Shown here: in pieces, positions 19,229-29,134 of the stretch | Position numbering within the stretch: position 1 is the stretch's first letter | Layout of the letters: the number at the start of each line of letters is the position of its first letter | IMG/VR virus record: IMGVR_UViG_3300025120_014745 | Span: 3,612 to 67,611 of that record | Length of the DNA: 64,000 nt | Strand: one strand, 5' to 3' | Source of the DNA: a virus | Notes under the pieces: model-generated | Databases searched by the model: none | Seen by the model: only the letters and a program-made list of their open reading frames with translations | What the model was told of the DNA's origin: nothing | Made by a program: the position numbers and the translations under genes

Positions 19229-20284
19229 ATGAGTTTTTTAAACGCGAACAAGGTTTTAAACCATCCAGAAAAATATGCAGAATGGTATAATAGTTCTGAC
19301 ACGACAGGTCCCGTAACTGTAAAGATAGATTTGACAAATGTCTGTAATCACGATTGCCCGGGCTGTATTGATTACGAGTTGATCCATAATGATAATAACA
19401 GTTTAAACTTCAACTTGTTTGAAGATCTGCTTGATGGTCTAAAAAAATGTGGTGTTAAGGGTATAAACTATACTGGCGGCGGAGAGCCAACAACTCATAA
19501 ACAATTTGATAAGATTATTGAACTAACAAATAAGAAAGGTTTTGAAATAGGTCTGATTTGTAATGGCTCTATGTTTCATAAATGGAATATGACAAAATTA
19601 CTACCTATGTTTACTTGGATTCGTGTATCATTAGATGCATATGATAAGGAAACACATAAAAAAACACATGGGCGAACAGCGAATTTTGAAAGAACAATCA
19701 AGAATATAAAAATGCTTTCAGGAATTAAAAGAATGTTTAAGTGTAAGACAACGTTAGGCGCAGGATATATCACTAATCAATATCCAGAAATGGATCGTAA
19801 CTTACATAAATTTATTGAAGTTTGCAAATATTCAAAAATTGATTACGCCCAACTAAGACCTAGCTTTGGTTTTCTCTACGACTACAAGTCTGTAGATACT
19901 AATGAACTTAATCTGCTGTTTAAGAAAGCAAAATCATATGAAACAGACGATTTCAAGGTTATAATTGATGAAGGTAAATATGAAAAAATATTGAGTGGGA
20001 AAGGCACATGTAGATCCTACAACGTGTGTCATGCTCAATCCTTTAAGTCGACAACGATAACTGCTACTGGAGACGTATACATTTGCTGTTCATTGACTGG
20101 TAAAAAAGAAGGCTGGGTAGGTAATATTAAATTTAAAAAGTTTGATGAAATATGGAACGGTAAAACACGTAAAAAAGCTCTAGAAGACTTAGACGTTAAA
20201 AAGTGTCCCCACTTGTGTGTTGGAGATAATTTAAATGAATTTCTTGATAAGATTAAGAATAAAACACATCCTAACTTTTTGTGA
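19229..20284 (+). CDS. Radical SAM enzyme with SPASM/twitch domain
   Basis: CNHDCPGC, TGGGEP and RVSLDA. C-terminal C...GDVYICC...GN...IW...C..C. ATG at 19229 follows AGGT. Confidence 0.92.
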   Translation: MSFLNANKVLNHPEKYAEWYNSSDTTGPVTVKIDLTNVCNHDCPGCIDYELIHNDNNSLNFNLFEDLLDGLKKCGVKGINYTGGGEPTTHKQFDKIIELTNKKGFEIGLICNGSMFHKWNMTKLLPMFTWIRVSLDAYDKETHKKTHGRTANFERTIKNIKMLSGIKRMFKCKTTLGAGYITNQYPEMDRNLHKFIEVCKYSKIDYAQLRPSFGFLYDYKSVDTNELNLLFKKAKSYETDDFKVIIDEGKYEKILSGKGTCRSYNVCHAQSFKSTTITATGDVYICCSLTGKKEGWVGNIKFKKFDEIWNGKTRKKALEDLDVKKCPHLCVGDNLNEFLDKIKNKTHPNFL

Positions 20285-20289
20285 TTGAA

Positions 20290-21381
20290 ATGAAATATGA
20301 TTACCTTATTGTAGGCGCTGGAATGTTCGGATCGGTATTTGCGAGACAAGCAACTGATGCCGGAAAAAAAGTATTAGTAATTGATAAACGAAGACATATC
20401 GCAGGAAATTGTTACACGGAAAAAATAAAAGGCATTGAAGTGCATAAGTACGGCCCTCATGTATTTCACACGAATAATAAACAGATCTGGGAATATGCAA
20501 ATAGATTCACAGAATTTAATCATTTCACATACAGAGCAAAAGTAAAGAATAAAAATAACATCTATTCGTTCCCAATTAACATGATGACTTTCCACCAACT
20601 TTGGGGTGTAATTACGCCAGAAGAGGCAGAAAAAAAGCTTAAAGAAGTTAGAGTTAAAATAGACAATCCCAGTAATTTAGAAGAGTGGATATTGACACAA
20701 GTTGGTCATGAAGTTTATGAAACATTCATTAAGGGTTATACAACAAAACAGTGGAACAGAGATCCCAAGGATTTACCTGCATTCATCATTAAGCGATTAC
20801 CTATTAGATTAACATACGATGATAACTACTTCAACGATCGCTATCAGGGGATCCCTGTGGGTGGTTATACTAATATGTTTAAAAATATGTTAGAGGGGAT
20901 TGAGGTCCAGTTAAACGTCGATTTTTTTGAGAATGAAAAGTCTCTATCAGGGATAGCAGATAAAATTATTTTCACAGGAAAGATCGATGAGTATTTCAAA
21001 TATGATTTAGGTGTACTTGAGTACCGAACGATAAATTTTGACCACAAGATAATGAAAGGTGATTACCAAGGGAATGCAGCGATTAATCACACTTCACCCG
21101 AAGTCAAGTATACTCGTACGATTGAACACAAACATTTTGAATTTAATAAATCTGAAGACACTGTTGTCACATTTGAGTATCCTGATGCTTGGGACAGATC
21201 AAAAATACCACTGTATCCTGTCAACGATTTAAAAAATAATGACCTATACAAACAATATAAGTCTCTTGCACATAATAATTGTAAAAATGTACTATTTGGT
21301 GGTAGACTAGCTGAGTATAAATACTACGATATGCACCAGGTCATAGGATCTGCATTGAGCAAATCAAAGAAATTATTATAG
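20290..21381 (+). CDS. glf: UDP-galactopyranose mutase
   Basis: IVGAGMFG, HIAGNCY, HKYGPHVFHT, YTTKQW, YQGIP, TRTIEHKHF and GRLAEYKYYDMHQ. Confidence 0.96.
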   Translation: MKYDYLIVGAGMFGSVFARQATDAGKKVLVIDKRRHIAGNCYTEKIKGIEVHKYGPHVFHTNNKQIWEYANRFTEFNHFTYRAKVKNKNNIYSFPINMMTFHQLWGVITPEEAEKKLKEVRVKIDNPSNLEEWILTQVGHEVYETFIKGYTTKQWNRDPKDLPAFIIKRLPIRLTYDDNYFNDRYQGIPVGGYTNMFKNMLEGIEVQLNVDFFENEKSLSGIADKIIFTGKIDEYFKYDLGVLEYRTINFDHKIMKGDYQGNAAINHTSPEVKYTRTIEHKHFEFNKSEDTVVTFEYPDAWDRSKIPLYPVNDLKNNDLYKQYKSLAHNNCKNVLFGGRLAEYKYYDMHQVIGSALSKSKKLL

Positions 21382-21388
21382 GAGAAAA

Positions 21389-22300
21389 ATGAGCATAGTA
21401 TTCGTTATTGATAATTTAACAGCAGGAAATGCATACATAAGAGGTATTTTACCCGCAACAGGTATGACTAATAACAAAATTGACGCTAAATATTGTGTTG
21501 CAAATAGTTTTAATCCAGAAAGTGTTGACGACAAAGATACAGTTGTTTTTGTTAAGTACGATAGACTGAACCAGTCATCCCAAGTAAAAAAGAATGGCGC
21601 AAGAGTTGTTCTAGATATTGTTGATTCAAAAAAACATTGGATACAACACCGCGACAATTTAGATGCACTCATAGTTAATACTGAATCATCTAGACATATT
21701 ATTAGGAAAACTCACGGTTTTAAAGGACCGATATTTAAAATTCCACACATCCTTACAAACTTCAACAAGGATTACATTGGTCAAAAAAGAAAGAAATTAC
21801 CTGAAAAAATTAAAACAATAGGATACCTAGGCGTCGGCGATACATTTACTGACAGTCAATCATTTCATAACTTTTGTAAAGAAAATAATTTAAACTGGTA
21901 CCAGAATCAACCATCAATTAACTCAAATGAAGAAACAACACTTAATTTGGATTTAGGCTGTATAAATTTTTTGCATGAAAATAAAAGAATCGGTGGTTCG
22001 TATACTATAACGAAGCCTAGTGCAAAAGTTTTAAATCTTTTTTCTTACGGCATTCCTGCACTTTTTTCACCTTACGAATCATACATTGACGCAATCGCAA
22101 CATATAATCACAAAGAACTTCTTTGGTGTGTTTGCGGATCAAAAGAAGCAATGTTTGATAAGATTAAAATATTACAAAATGATCGACAGCTATATACACA
22201 ATTGTCTGATTCAGCTTTCAATCTTTCAAAAAACTTTCATATAAGTAAAACATGTCATATTTATAAAGAAATAATAGATTTTGCGGGTATAAAAAAATGA
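21389..22300 (+). CDS. Hypothetical protein, probable diverged GT-B glycosyltransferase
   Basis: KTIGYLG and KPSAKVLNLFSYGIP resemble GT-B C-terminal motifs. Confidence 0.5.
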   Translation: MSIVFVIDNLTAGNAYIRGILPATGMTNNKIDAKYCVANSFNPESVDDKDTVVFVKYDRLNQSSQVKKNGARVVLDIVDSKKHWIQHRDNLDALIVNTESSRHIIRKTHGFKGPIFKIPHILTNFNKDYIGQKRKKLPEKIKTIGYLGVGDTFTDSQSFHNFCKENNLNWYQNQPSINSNEETTLNLDLGCINFLHENKRIGGSYTITKPSAKVLNLFSYGIPALFSPYESYIDAIATYNHKELLWCVCGSKEAMFDKIKILQNDRQLYTQLSDSAFNLSKNFHISKTCHIYKEIIDFAGIKK

Positions 22301-23784
22301 ATACTGTATGTTTAATAACACCACCTTCTCCATTCTTGCTTGATGAAAGAGTCTTTATGCACATTGGTATACTTAGGGTTGCTTCTTCTTTAGAAAGTAA
22401 AGGTTACAAGATAGATTTCTTAGATTTAAGCGGGGTCGACAATTACTTGCAGGTTGTTGAAGATTATTGCAAAAAAAACAAACACATTAAAGATTTTGGA
22501 TTGACAGCATCAACACCCCAGATACCGTTTGCAGTAAGCATTGCAAAAGTAATTAAGAAAAATAAGACTACTAGTAAGTTAATTTTAGGTGGCCCACACG
22601 TAACTTTAATGAACACAGCTAGTAAACGAGAAGTAAAGAAGGGACTAGAAAAAAGTGACAGAGCAACAATTGATATTAGTAACTTAGCTAATATTTTTGA
22701 CGTGCTTGTTTGCGGCGATGGTGAATATACTATATTTGAAGCATTAAAAATTGATAAAGGGATCGTGGACGCTGACGATCGTAAGTCTCCTTACTTTCTA
22801 ACAAACCAACAGTTTTCGGAACTCCCGTTACCCGCAAGACATTTAGTAGATGTAGAATCTTATAAGTATAGTATAGCAGGTAAGAAGTCAACAAGTTTGA
22901 TTGCGCAGCTAGGTTGCCCCTTTAAGTGTACTTTCTGTTCAGGTCGCAATTCACCTTTCTTAAGAAAGATAAGACAGCGAAGCTCGGAATCAATTGTTGA
23001 AGAAATGCGTCACCTTTATCATAGTTACGGCTATACCGGCTTCATGTTTTATGATGATGAATTAAATGTTAATAAGAATTTAATAGATTTATTAAATCAG
23101 ATAACAGACCTGCAAATGGAACTAGGCGAGGAATTTAGACTGAGAGGTTTTGTAAAGGCAGAGTTGTTTAAAGATGAGCAAGCTGAAGCTATGTATAGAG
23201 CGGGTTTTCGTTGGCTTTTGACAGGATTCGAATCAGGCGATGAAAGAATACTCAAGAACATTAAAAAAATGGCCAAGCGAGAAGACAATACTCGTGCTGT
23301 TGAAATAGCAAAAAGGCACAATCTTAAAGTAAAAGCACTAATGTCAATCGGTCATGCCGGTGAAAGCATTGAAACAATAGAAAATACAAAAAAGTGGCTT
23401 CTAGAAGTAGAGCCTGAAGAGTTTGATTGCACAATTATAACAACATACCCAGGTTCGCCATATTTTGACGATGCGATAAAACAAGACGACATTTATGTAT
23501 ACACATCAGATATTACTGGCGACAAGTTATACCAGTCTAATATTAACTACTTAACTGAATTAGATTACTACAAGGGTGATCCTAATGGCGGCTATATCTC
23601 TTATGTTTGGACTGATCATTTGAAACCCCAAGAGTTAGTAACAGCAAGAAATGAATTAGAAAAAGAAGTTAGGGAAAAACTTAACATAAAGTTTAATCCT
23701 GCGAGGCCAGGTATAAAGTATGAACATTCTATGGGTATGGGTAATATTACGATACCTGACTTCATCTTACGGAAAACAAGTTGA
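22297..23784 (+). CDS. Cobalamin (B12)-binding radical SAM enzyme (class B methyltransferase-like)
   Basis: N-terminal B12 domain (HIGILRVAS, LILGGPHVT, GDGE). GCPFKCTFC, FYDDE, GFESGD and YPGSP. Confidence 0.92.
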   Translation: MNTVCLITPPSPFLLDERVFMHIGILRVASSLESKGYKIDFLDLSGVDNYLQVVEDYCKKNKHIKDFGLTASTPQIPFAVSIAKVIKKNKTTSKLILGGPHVTLMNTASKREVKKGLEKSDRATIDISNLANIFDVLVCGDGEYTIFEALKIDKGIVDADDRKSPYFLTNQQFSELPLPARHLVDVESYKYSIAGKKSTSLIAQLGCPFKCTFCSGRNSPFLRKIRQRSSESIVEEMRHLYHSYGYTGFMFYDDELNVNKNLIDLLNQITDLQMELGEEFRLRGFVKAELFKDEQAEAMYRAGFRWLLTGFESGDERILKNIKKMAKREDNTRAVEIAKRHNLKVKALMSIGHAGESIETIENTKKWLLEVEPEEFDCTIITTYPGSPYFDDAIKQDDIYVYTSDITGDKLYQSNINYLTELDYYKGDPNGGYISYVWTDHLKPQELVTARNELEKEVREKLNIKFNPARPGIKYEHSMGMGNITIPDFILRKTS

Positions 23785-24458
23785 AAAAAATATCTAAAGT
23801 AAAATATAGTGACTTTTTAAATAGTATAAACAGTGAAAGTGTTTTGACTGTTAAAAAGAAGCGAGAACGTGCTGTTTATTTACTTCCTGATCGTAATATC
23901 TTTTTTAAGATCTGGGTTCCTAACTGGACACAGGGCTTAATAACAAACTTTTGCATTGACAGTAAATTCTATAATGAGCAAAATATAGAATCAGTGTTAC
24001 AATTAATAGAGGACGACACGGGCCCACGTGGATACACACAACTAGCAGGTGTTTCAGCAGCAGAACCGGGTAAAAGTGACAAAAGCTGGGACATGTTTAT
24101 CAGTATGACAACGCTAGATCAGAGAAAGAATTTTATTAAGTCATTTTTTAAAAATTCTCTGAGGGTTGGCGGAACATACACAGATCTAGCGCCATGTAAT
24201 CTAATATTTTTCAACAATAATATTAATTTTATTGACTTAGAATCATTTAGAAGTTTTGATCTGATTTACGACAACAAAAGAAAAGAATACGAAAATTTTG
24301 ACTTAGACGCTTGGTGGAAACCTCATGAGACTGCGAAAAGAGACGTCAACAAGTATTTAAAGTCTTACCTTTTAGAGTGTATCGGTTTAGAATTAAAATT
24401 TGATATTGACTCTAGGGAAAATTTTAAGAAAACAGCAGAGTTAGTTTATGATTATTGA
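23781..24458 (+). CDS. Kinase-like protein (APH/Kdo/RIO-type fold)
   Basis: FFKIW, then YTDLAPCNLIF (catalytic loop) and FIDLE (DFG equivalent). TTG start. Confidence 0.6.
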   Translation: MKKISKVKYSDFLNSINSESVLTVKKKRERAVYLLPDRNIFFKIWVPNWTQGLITNFCIDSKFYNEQNIESVLQLIEDDTGPRGYTQLAGVSAAEPGKSDKSWDMFISMTTLDQRKNFIKSFFKNSLRVGGTYTDLAPCNLIFFNNNINFIDLESFRSFDLIYDNKRKEYENFDLDAWWKPHETAKRDVNKYLKSYLLECIGLELKFDIDSRENFKKTAELVYDY

Positions 24459-25242
24459 AGAAGTACCGGTAATAATATTTGAATTAGAAGAACGAACAAA
24501 AGATTTAGCAGTCTTGTGTTTCAGAAATCTCGGTTTTAAAAATATTATTATATTAGATCATGAAGAGTCTTTTTCTGAAAAAATGAATCGATTTTTTAAT
24601 ATCGCGCTATCAGAAGAATATCAAGCTCATGATTTGTTCATTAGAAGCGACGCAGATAGATTAGTATTTTCTGGCATGGTTGAATTAGTTAAAAGTTCTT
24701 ACGATGCAGTAAAGTCTAGTCAAAATGGATACCTTTTAAGTGAAGGTCATGGTTTTGAATGTTTTATGCAAAAGCTGAGAGGGGCAACACCTCACGTCTA
24801 TTCAAAAAATCTAATAAAACACATTGTTGAAAACAAAGATACACTTGTAAAAGATATCCAAAAACCAGAAAGTCACATAGGCACTTACTGCAAAGAAGAA
24901 CTTAAGTGTTTTTATTTTTTTAATTTTTTGACAAACTTACATGAGTTTGAACAGTATCCTTCTAAAATGTACAATGCTTTTTTAAATAGAATTCACAGAG
25001 GTCACCTAAGCTACTATAACTTAGAAAGTATAGCGTCAAATCACTTTTACGGTCCTGCCATGAAGTTAGCTATAGACAATTTTAATAATAACAAAAATAG
25101 TCCTGTGACTTTGTCTTACACTAAGAATGACTTAAAAATATTGTTAGATAAAGATAAGGTGCTAGGTCCAATTAATGATGTGGAAAAAATGTGTAAATAC
25201 TATGAAAGTGTTTATGACCAATTAAGCGAGAGACATTTTTAA
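24448..25242 (+). CDS. Hypothetical protein, possible GT-A glycosyltransferase
   Basis: FIRSDAD (DxD) motif and glycan-island context. Confidence 0.45.
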   Translation: MIIEEVPVIIFELEERTKDLAVLCFRNLGFKNIIILDHEESFSEKMNRFFNIALSEEYQAHDLFIRSDADRLVFSGMVELVKSSYDAVKSSQNGYLLSEGHGFECFMQKLRGATPHVYSKNLIKHIVENKDTLVKDIQKPESHIGTYCKEELKCFYFFNFLTNLHEFEQYPSKMYNAFLNRIHRGHLSYYNLESIASNHFYGPAMKLAIDNFNNNKNSPVTLSYTKNDLKILLDKDKVLGPINDVEKMCKYYESVYDQLSERHF

Positions 25243-25243
25243 A

Positions 25244-26299
25244 ATGTATAGTTTTTTTATATTCGGTACCACAAATTTTCAAGATATGCTACCAGTCTTA
25301 TTTGAGCATTTAAAGTCTGGCGATGATTGCTGGGTGAGCTTCTTTGATATATTTAGCAAGAAAAGACAATTGTACGATTACAATGTTGAAGAAATTAAAA
25401 GTTTCTTTTTAAAAAAGTGTAAAAGTTATAATTTAAAGTTGCCAACCATCAACTTTTACAGGCATGATGATCAAGAAGATTATTTATTACACTACAGTAA
25501 TCATGATCCTGGCGTAGTTTACATCCAAGAGATTAATCCTAAATATCCAGTGTGGTATCCAAAGATAGCTAGTAAAGCTAAGGTGGTGCATTTTGCTTGG
25601 TGGGACGAAGTAAAACATTTAAGTTCACCGCGAGTTAAACCAGATATTTCAATATTAAAACAAGCCAGCGATGTCAAATACGGTTATGACAAATATCCAC
25701 ACGCATATTTTGGTAATTTAAGGATGGACCATCTACAGTATATAAGTAAAAAAAATGATGTTATAAAAAGATGTTTTATACCGGAAACTTATTTAAGAAT
25801 GGGACAAAAAGACAAGAACGATTCATTGAAAATTGCTAAATTTTGTGACAAATTAATCGACTTTTTACACCAGAATAATTTTGAAGTTATATGGAAGAAG
25901 AGAGAAAAAGGTTATCCGAGAGAAAAATGGTGTAGTCCACTCGACTTAATGAAAAACATGCCTGATGTGATCATTGAAAAAGATCTACGATTTCCATCTA
26001 GTCTTTGTGAGCACCCATACACCTCAGATTGTTGCATTGTCATAAATGATAGTTTTGCTTTTTTTGATATTATGCACATGAACACAAACTGCATAATTTT
26101 AACAACTGAGGGCGGCAGAAAACATAAGATCGACGACTTTTTTAGGGAAGACTTTTCAGAAAATATTATTGACATGAAGATAGAAGGTTGTTGGAAAAAA
26201 TTAAAAAATCAAATTGAAAAACAAAATACTTTTGAGTATAATATTAAACAACAAACTAATGTTTCTAACAAAATAATTGAGTATATAAGAACCCTATGA
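25244..26299 (+). CDS. Hypothetical protein, possible GT-B / phosphotransferase of polysaccharide loci
   Basis: GNLRMD, WKKREK and DCCIVINDS..FD. Coupled to the cytidylyltransferase gene. Confidence 0.4.
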   Translation: MYSFFIFGTTNFQDMLPVLFEHLKSGDDCWVSFFDIFSKKRQLYDYNVEEIKSFFLKKCKSYNLKLPTINFYRHDDQEDYLLHYSNHDPGVVYIQEINPKYPVWYPKIASKAKVVHFAWWDEVKHLSSPRVKPDISILKQASDVKYGYDKYPHAYFGNLRMDHLQYISKKNDVIKRCFIPETYLRMGQKDKNDSLKIAKFCDKLIDFLHQNNFEVIWKKREKGYPREKWCSPLDLMKNMPDVIIEKDLRFPSSLCEHPYTSDCCIVINDSFAFFDIMHMNTNCIILTTEGGRKHKIDDFFREDFSENIIDMKIEGCWKKLKNQIEKQNTFEYNIKQQTNVSNKIIEYIRTL

Positions 26300-26949
26300 A
26301 GAAAGTGATCGTAATCCCAATAAAAACAAATAACCAGCGGCTGCCTGGCAAGAATACTATGATTTTAGCAGGAAAACCTCTGTACCAGTATCTTTTCGAT
26401 ACGGTAAGAGATTTACGGCATATAGGTATAGACGTTGTTATTGATAGTTCTGATGATGAAATACTTTCTATTGCTAGGAGATATAATTTTGGCACTATAA
26501 AACGTGATACATCCTTAAACACTCCCGAAACGTCAGGTAACGATTTAATTTTAAATCAAATTAAAAAATTAAATCTAGATGATGATTGCATGCTAGGACA
26601 GTTTTTCGTAACAACACCATTCTTGGAAAAGAATACAATTGAAAAAGCATTTAGCACAATGGAAAAAACTAACAAGACAAGTTGTTTTGGTTTGTACACC
26701 GTCTATGATAGGTTTTGGTACCAAAGTAAGCCGGTAAATCATAATCCCAAATCACTTGTGGGTACACAATATATGAACCCACTCTTTAGAGAGGCTGGAT
26801 TTTATATTTTTAAAGTTGGTGCATTTTTAAACGAGAAATCTAGAATAACAGAAGATTTTGTTAATTTTGAAGTGGACGAAACAGAATGTATTGATATCGA
26901 TACAAACATTGATTTTATGTTTGCAGAATCATATGCTAAATCGAGGTGA
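26296..26949 (+). CDS. NeuA/KdsB-family cytidylyltransferase
   Basis: IPIKTNNQRLPGKN...GKPL, SSDDE, TTPFL and IDIDT..DF. Confidence 0.88.
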   Translation: MKKVIVIPIKTNNQRLPGKNTMILAGKPLYQYLFDTVRDLRHIGIDVVIDSSDDEILSIARRYNFGTIKRDTSLNTPETSGNDLILNQIKKLNLDDDCMLGQFFVTTPFLEKNTIEKAFSTMEKTNKTSCFGLYTVYDRFWYQSKPVNHNPKSLVGTQYMNPLFREAGFYIFKVGAFLNEKSRITEDFVNFEVDETECIDIDTNIDFMFAESYAKSR

Positions 26950-26955
26950 AAAGGT

Positions 26956-28098
26956 ATGATAATCAAGAAGTACAGGTTAGAATATAGCAAAGATGATATC
27001 GACTTTGTTAAGCAAGAAATTGAGAAGTCATTAAAAAAAGGCTATTTGACCGACGGCGGTCCCAATGTTGATCTTTTTGAAAAGCTGTGGTGTGAATTCA
27101 ACAAATCAAAACATTCGATTGCTGTTAGTAACTGTACAGCTGGTTTAGAATGTATACTTCGAGCTCTAGATGTAAAGGGTCATAGTGTCATAGTCCCTGC
27201 GTATACATTCATTGCATCTGTAATGTCAATCTACAATTGCATGGGAATTCCCATATACGCGGATATATCAAAAGATACCTTATCTTTATCACTTGAAAGT
27301 ATTAAGCGATCAGTGAGGGAAGATACGAAAGCGATTATGGTCGTTCATGTAGGCGGTGTCATATCAAATGAAATTGTCAAAATAAGAGAATACTGTGATG
27401 AAAAAAATCTTTTTTTGATAGAAGACGCAGCTTGTGCGCACGGAGCCACTTTTAATGGAATTAAATCAGGTAATTTTGGACATGCTTCTTGTTTCTCTTT
27501 TCATCATTCCAAAGTATTAACATCAGGTGAAGGCGGGATTATAACGACAGATTCCTTAGCGTTGAATAAAAGAATTAAAAGAATCAGGGCAATAGGACTC
27601 GACCGGTCTATCAATAACTATGAATCATTCGAGATAGGTAGCAACTCAAAGATGTCAGAAATAACTGCTACCCTTGCCATACTTCACACTAAAAAAGCTG
27701 AAAGTATCATTGGTGAAAGAAGATCGATTGCAAAAAGATATGATGAAGAAATAATATTTAGTAAGAAATTAAAAAGCTTTAAAATGCCTGCTAATACGCA
27801 GGCAGGTTATTACAAGTATTTCATGTTAGCTCAAAACAAGTCCACCAAAGCCCAATTTTATAAATTCATGAAAACTAAAAACATTGATTTGCCACCTGCT
27901 GCTTATGAGTATACTTGCGACAAGCAAAAAATAAGTTTAAAAATGAATTGTGTGAAGGGTGACACGCTCACAAACTCTTATTACATGAAAGACCACAATA
28001 TTTGCCTTCCCATGTATAACGGTTTAAGTCAAAAAGAAGTATCTTACATAATCCAAAATACCAACAAGTTTATTGAGAATTTAAATGATAATAGTTAA
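26956..28098 (+). CDS. DegT/DnrJ/EryC1/StrS PLP aminotransferase
   Basis: VPAYTFIAS, VHVGG, IEDAACAHG, FSFHHSKVLTSGEGG (PLP Lys) and ICLPMY. Confidence 0.95.
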   Translation: MIIKKYRLEYSKDDIDFVKQEIEKSLKKGYLTDGGPNVDLFEKLWCEFNKSKHSIAVSNCTAGLECILRALDVKGHSVIVPAYTFIASVMSIYNCMGIPIYADISKDTLSLSLESIKRSVREDTKAIMVVHVGGVISNEIVKIREYCDEKNLFLIEDAACAHGATFNGIKSGNFGHASCFSFHHSKVLTSGEGGIITTDSLALNKRIKRIRAIGLDRSINNYESFEIGSNSKMSEITATLAILHTKKAESIIGERRSIAKRYDEEIIFSKKLKSFKMPANTQAGYYKYFMLAQNKSTKAQFYKFMKTKNIDLPPAAYEYTCDKQKISLKMNCVKGDTLTNSYYMKDHNICLPMYNGLSQKEVSYIIQNTNKFIENLNDNS

Positions 28099-29122
28099 AT
28101 CAAAAATCAAAGACTATAGTGTACATTTTTCTGAAAGAATAAGTCTTGAAGAAGATTTTTTCCTAATTGACAGAAAAGTTTATGCACTATACAATGATAT
28201 CTTTGAAAACGTTGATATATCTAAAATAGTTTTAATTGATGCGCTTGAAATAAACAAGACGTATACAGCTTGTGAAAAATACATTGAAGCTTTAATTAGT
28301 CTTGGTTTGAAACGAGGTAATACTATAGGTGCAGTAGGTGGAGGCATAACCCAAGATATCACTGGGTTTATTTCAAGTATTGTATTTAGAGGCGTAGATT
28401 GGAACTTCTACCCCACAACACTCTTAGCACAATGCGATAGTTGTATTGGTGGAAAAACATCAATCAATTTAGGAAATTACAAAAACTTAGTAGGTAACTT
28501 TAATCCACCAAAAAAAATTGTGATCAATGAAAGTTTTTTAAAAACGCTATCAATGAAGGATATCCAGTCAGGTCTAGGTGAAATTATAAAGATTAGCGTA
28601 GTCGACAAAAAATCAAGAATTGCGCCAGCTAAAATTAAAATGTGTTTATCTGAATCTTCTATTGATAACGAAACTATAAAACTAGCATTGCAAATTAAGA
28701 AAGAAATAATTGAAATTGATGAATTCGACAACGGATATCGCAATGTTATGAATTTTGGACACACATTTGGCCACGCAATTGAATCGATGACCAAGTTTAG
28801 AATACCGCATGGTGTTGCTGTAGGGTTAGGTATCGACATTGCAAATAAAATAGCGTTAGCTGATAATTACACAGACATAGATTTAGATCGCGATGATGTT
28901 ATTTCCGTTTTTAAATCTAAAAATGCAGAACACTACGAAACATTTAGACAGTTTTTCGATACCGATTCTTTTTTAAATGCTTTAAAAAGTGACAAAAAGA
29001 ATAAAAACAAAGATGAAATAAGGTGTATACTTGCAAGGAATAAAGGTGACTTGAGTATAGTCACATATTCTGAATCTAATATCAGAGCATTAATAGAAAA
29101 GATAGATATTGAAAATTTATAA
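28085..29122 (+). CDS. AroB-related sugar-phosphate cyclase (3-dehydroquinate synthase superfamily)
   Basis: GGGITQD, FRG, PTTLLAQCDSCIGGKTSIN, KNLVGNF, GEIIK, RNVMNFGHTFGHAIE, PHGVAV and SDKK. Confidence 0.93.
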   Translation: MIIVKSKIKDYSVHFSERISLEEDFFLIDRKVYALYNDIFENVDISKIVLIDALEINKTYTACEKYIEALISLGLKRGNTIGAVGGGITQDITGFISSIVFRGVDWNFYPTTLLAQCDSCIGGKTSINLGNYKNLVGNFNPPKKIVINESFLKTLSMKDIQSGLGEIIKISVVDKKSRIAPAKIKMCLSESSIDNETIKLALQIKKEIIEIDEFDNGYRNVMNFGHTFGHAIESMTKFRIPHGVAVGLGIDIANKIALADNYTDIDLDRDDVISVFKSKNAEHYETFRQFFDTDSFLNALKSDKKNKNKDEIRCILARNKGDLSIVTYSESNIRALIEKIDIENL

Positions 29123-29134
29123 ACGGAGGATATC

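Noticed and set aside
28085-29122. Canonical 2-deoxy-scyllo-inosose synthase / true aminoglycoside antibiotic cluster
   Set aside because: The active-site segment is DHQS-like (R...NFGH), not BtrC-like (EYGH), and no exporter was recognised. Kept only as the broader aminocyclitol hypothesis.
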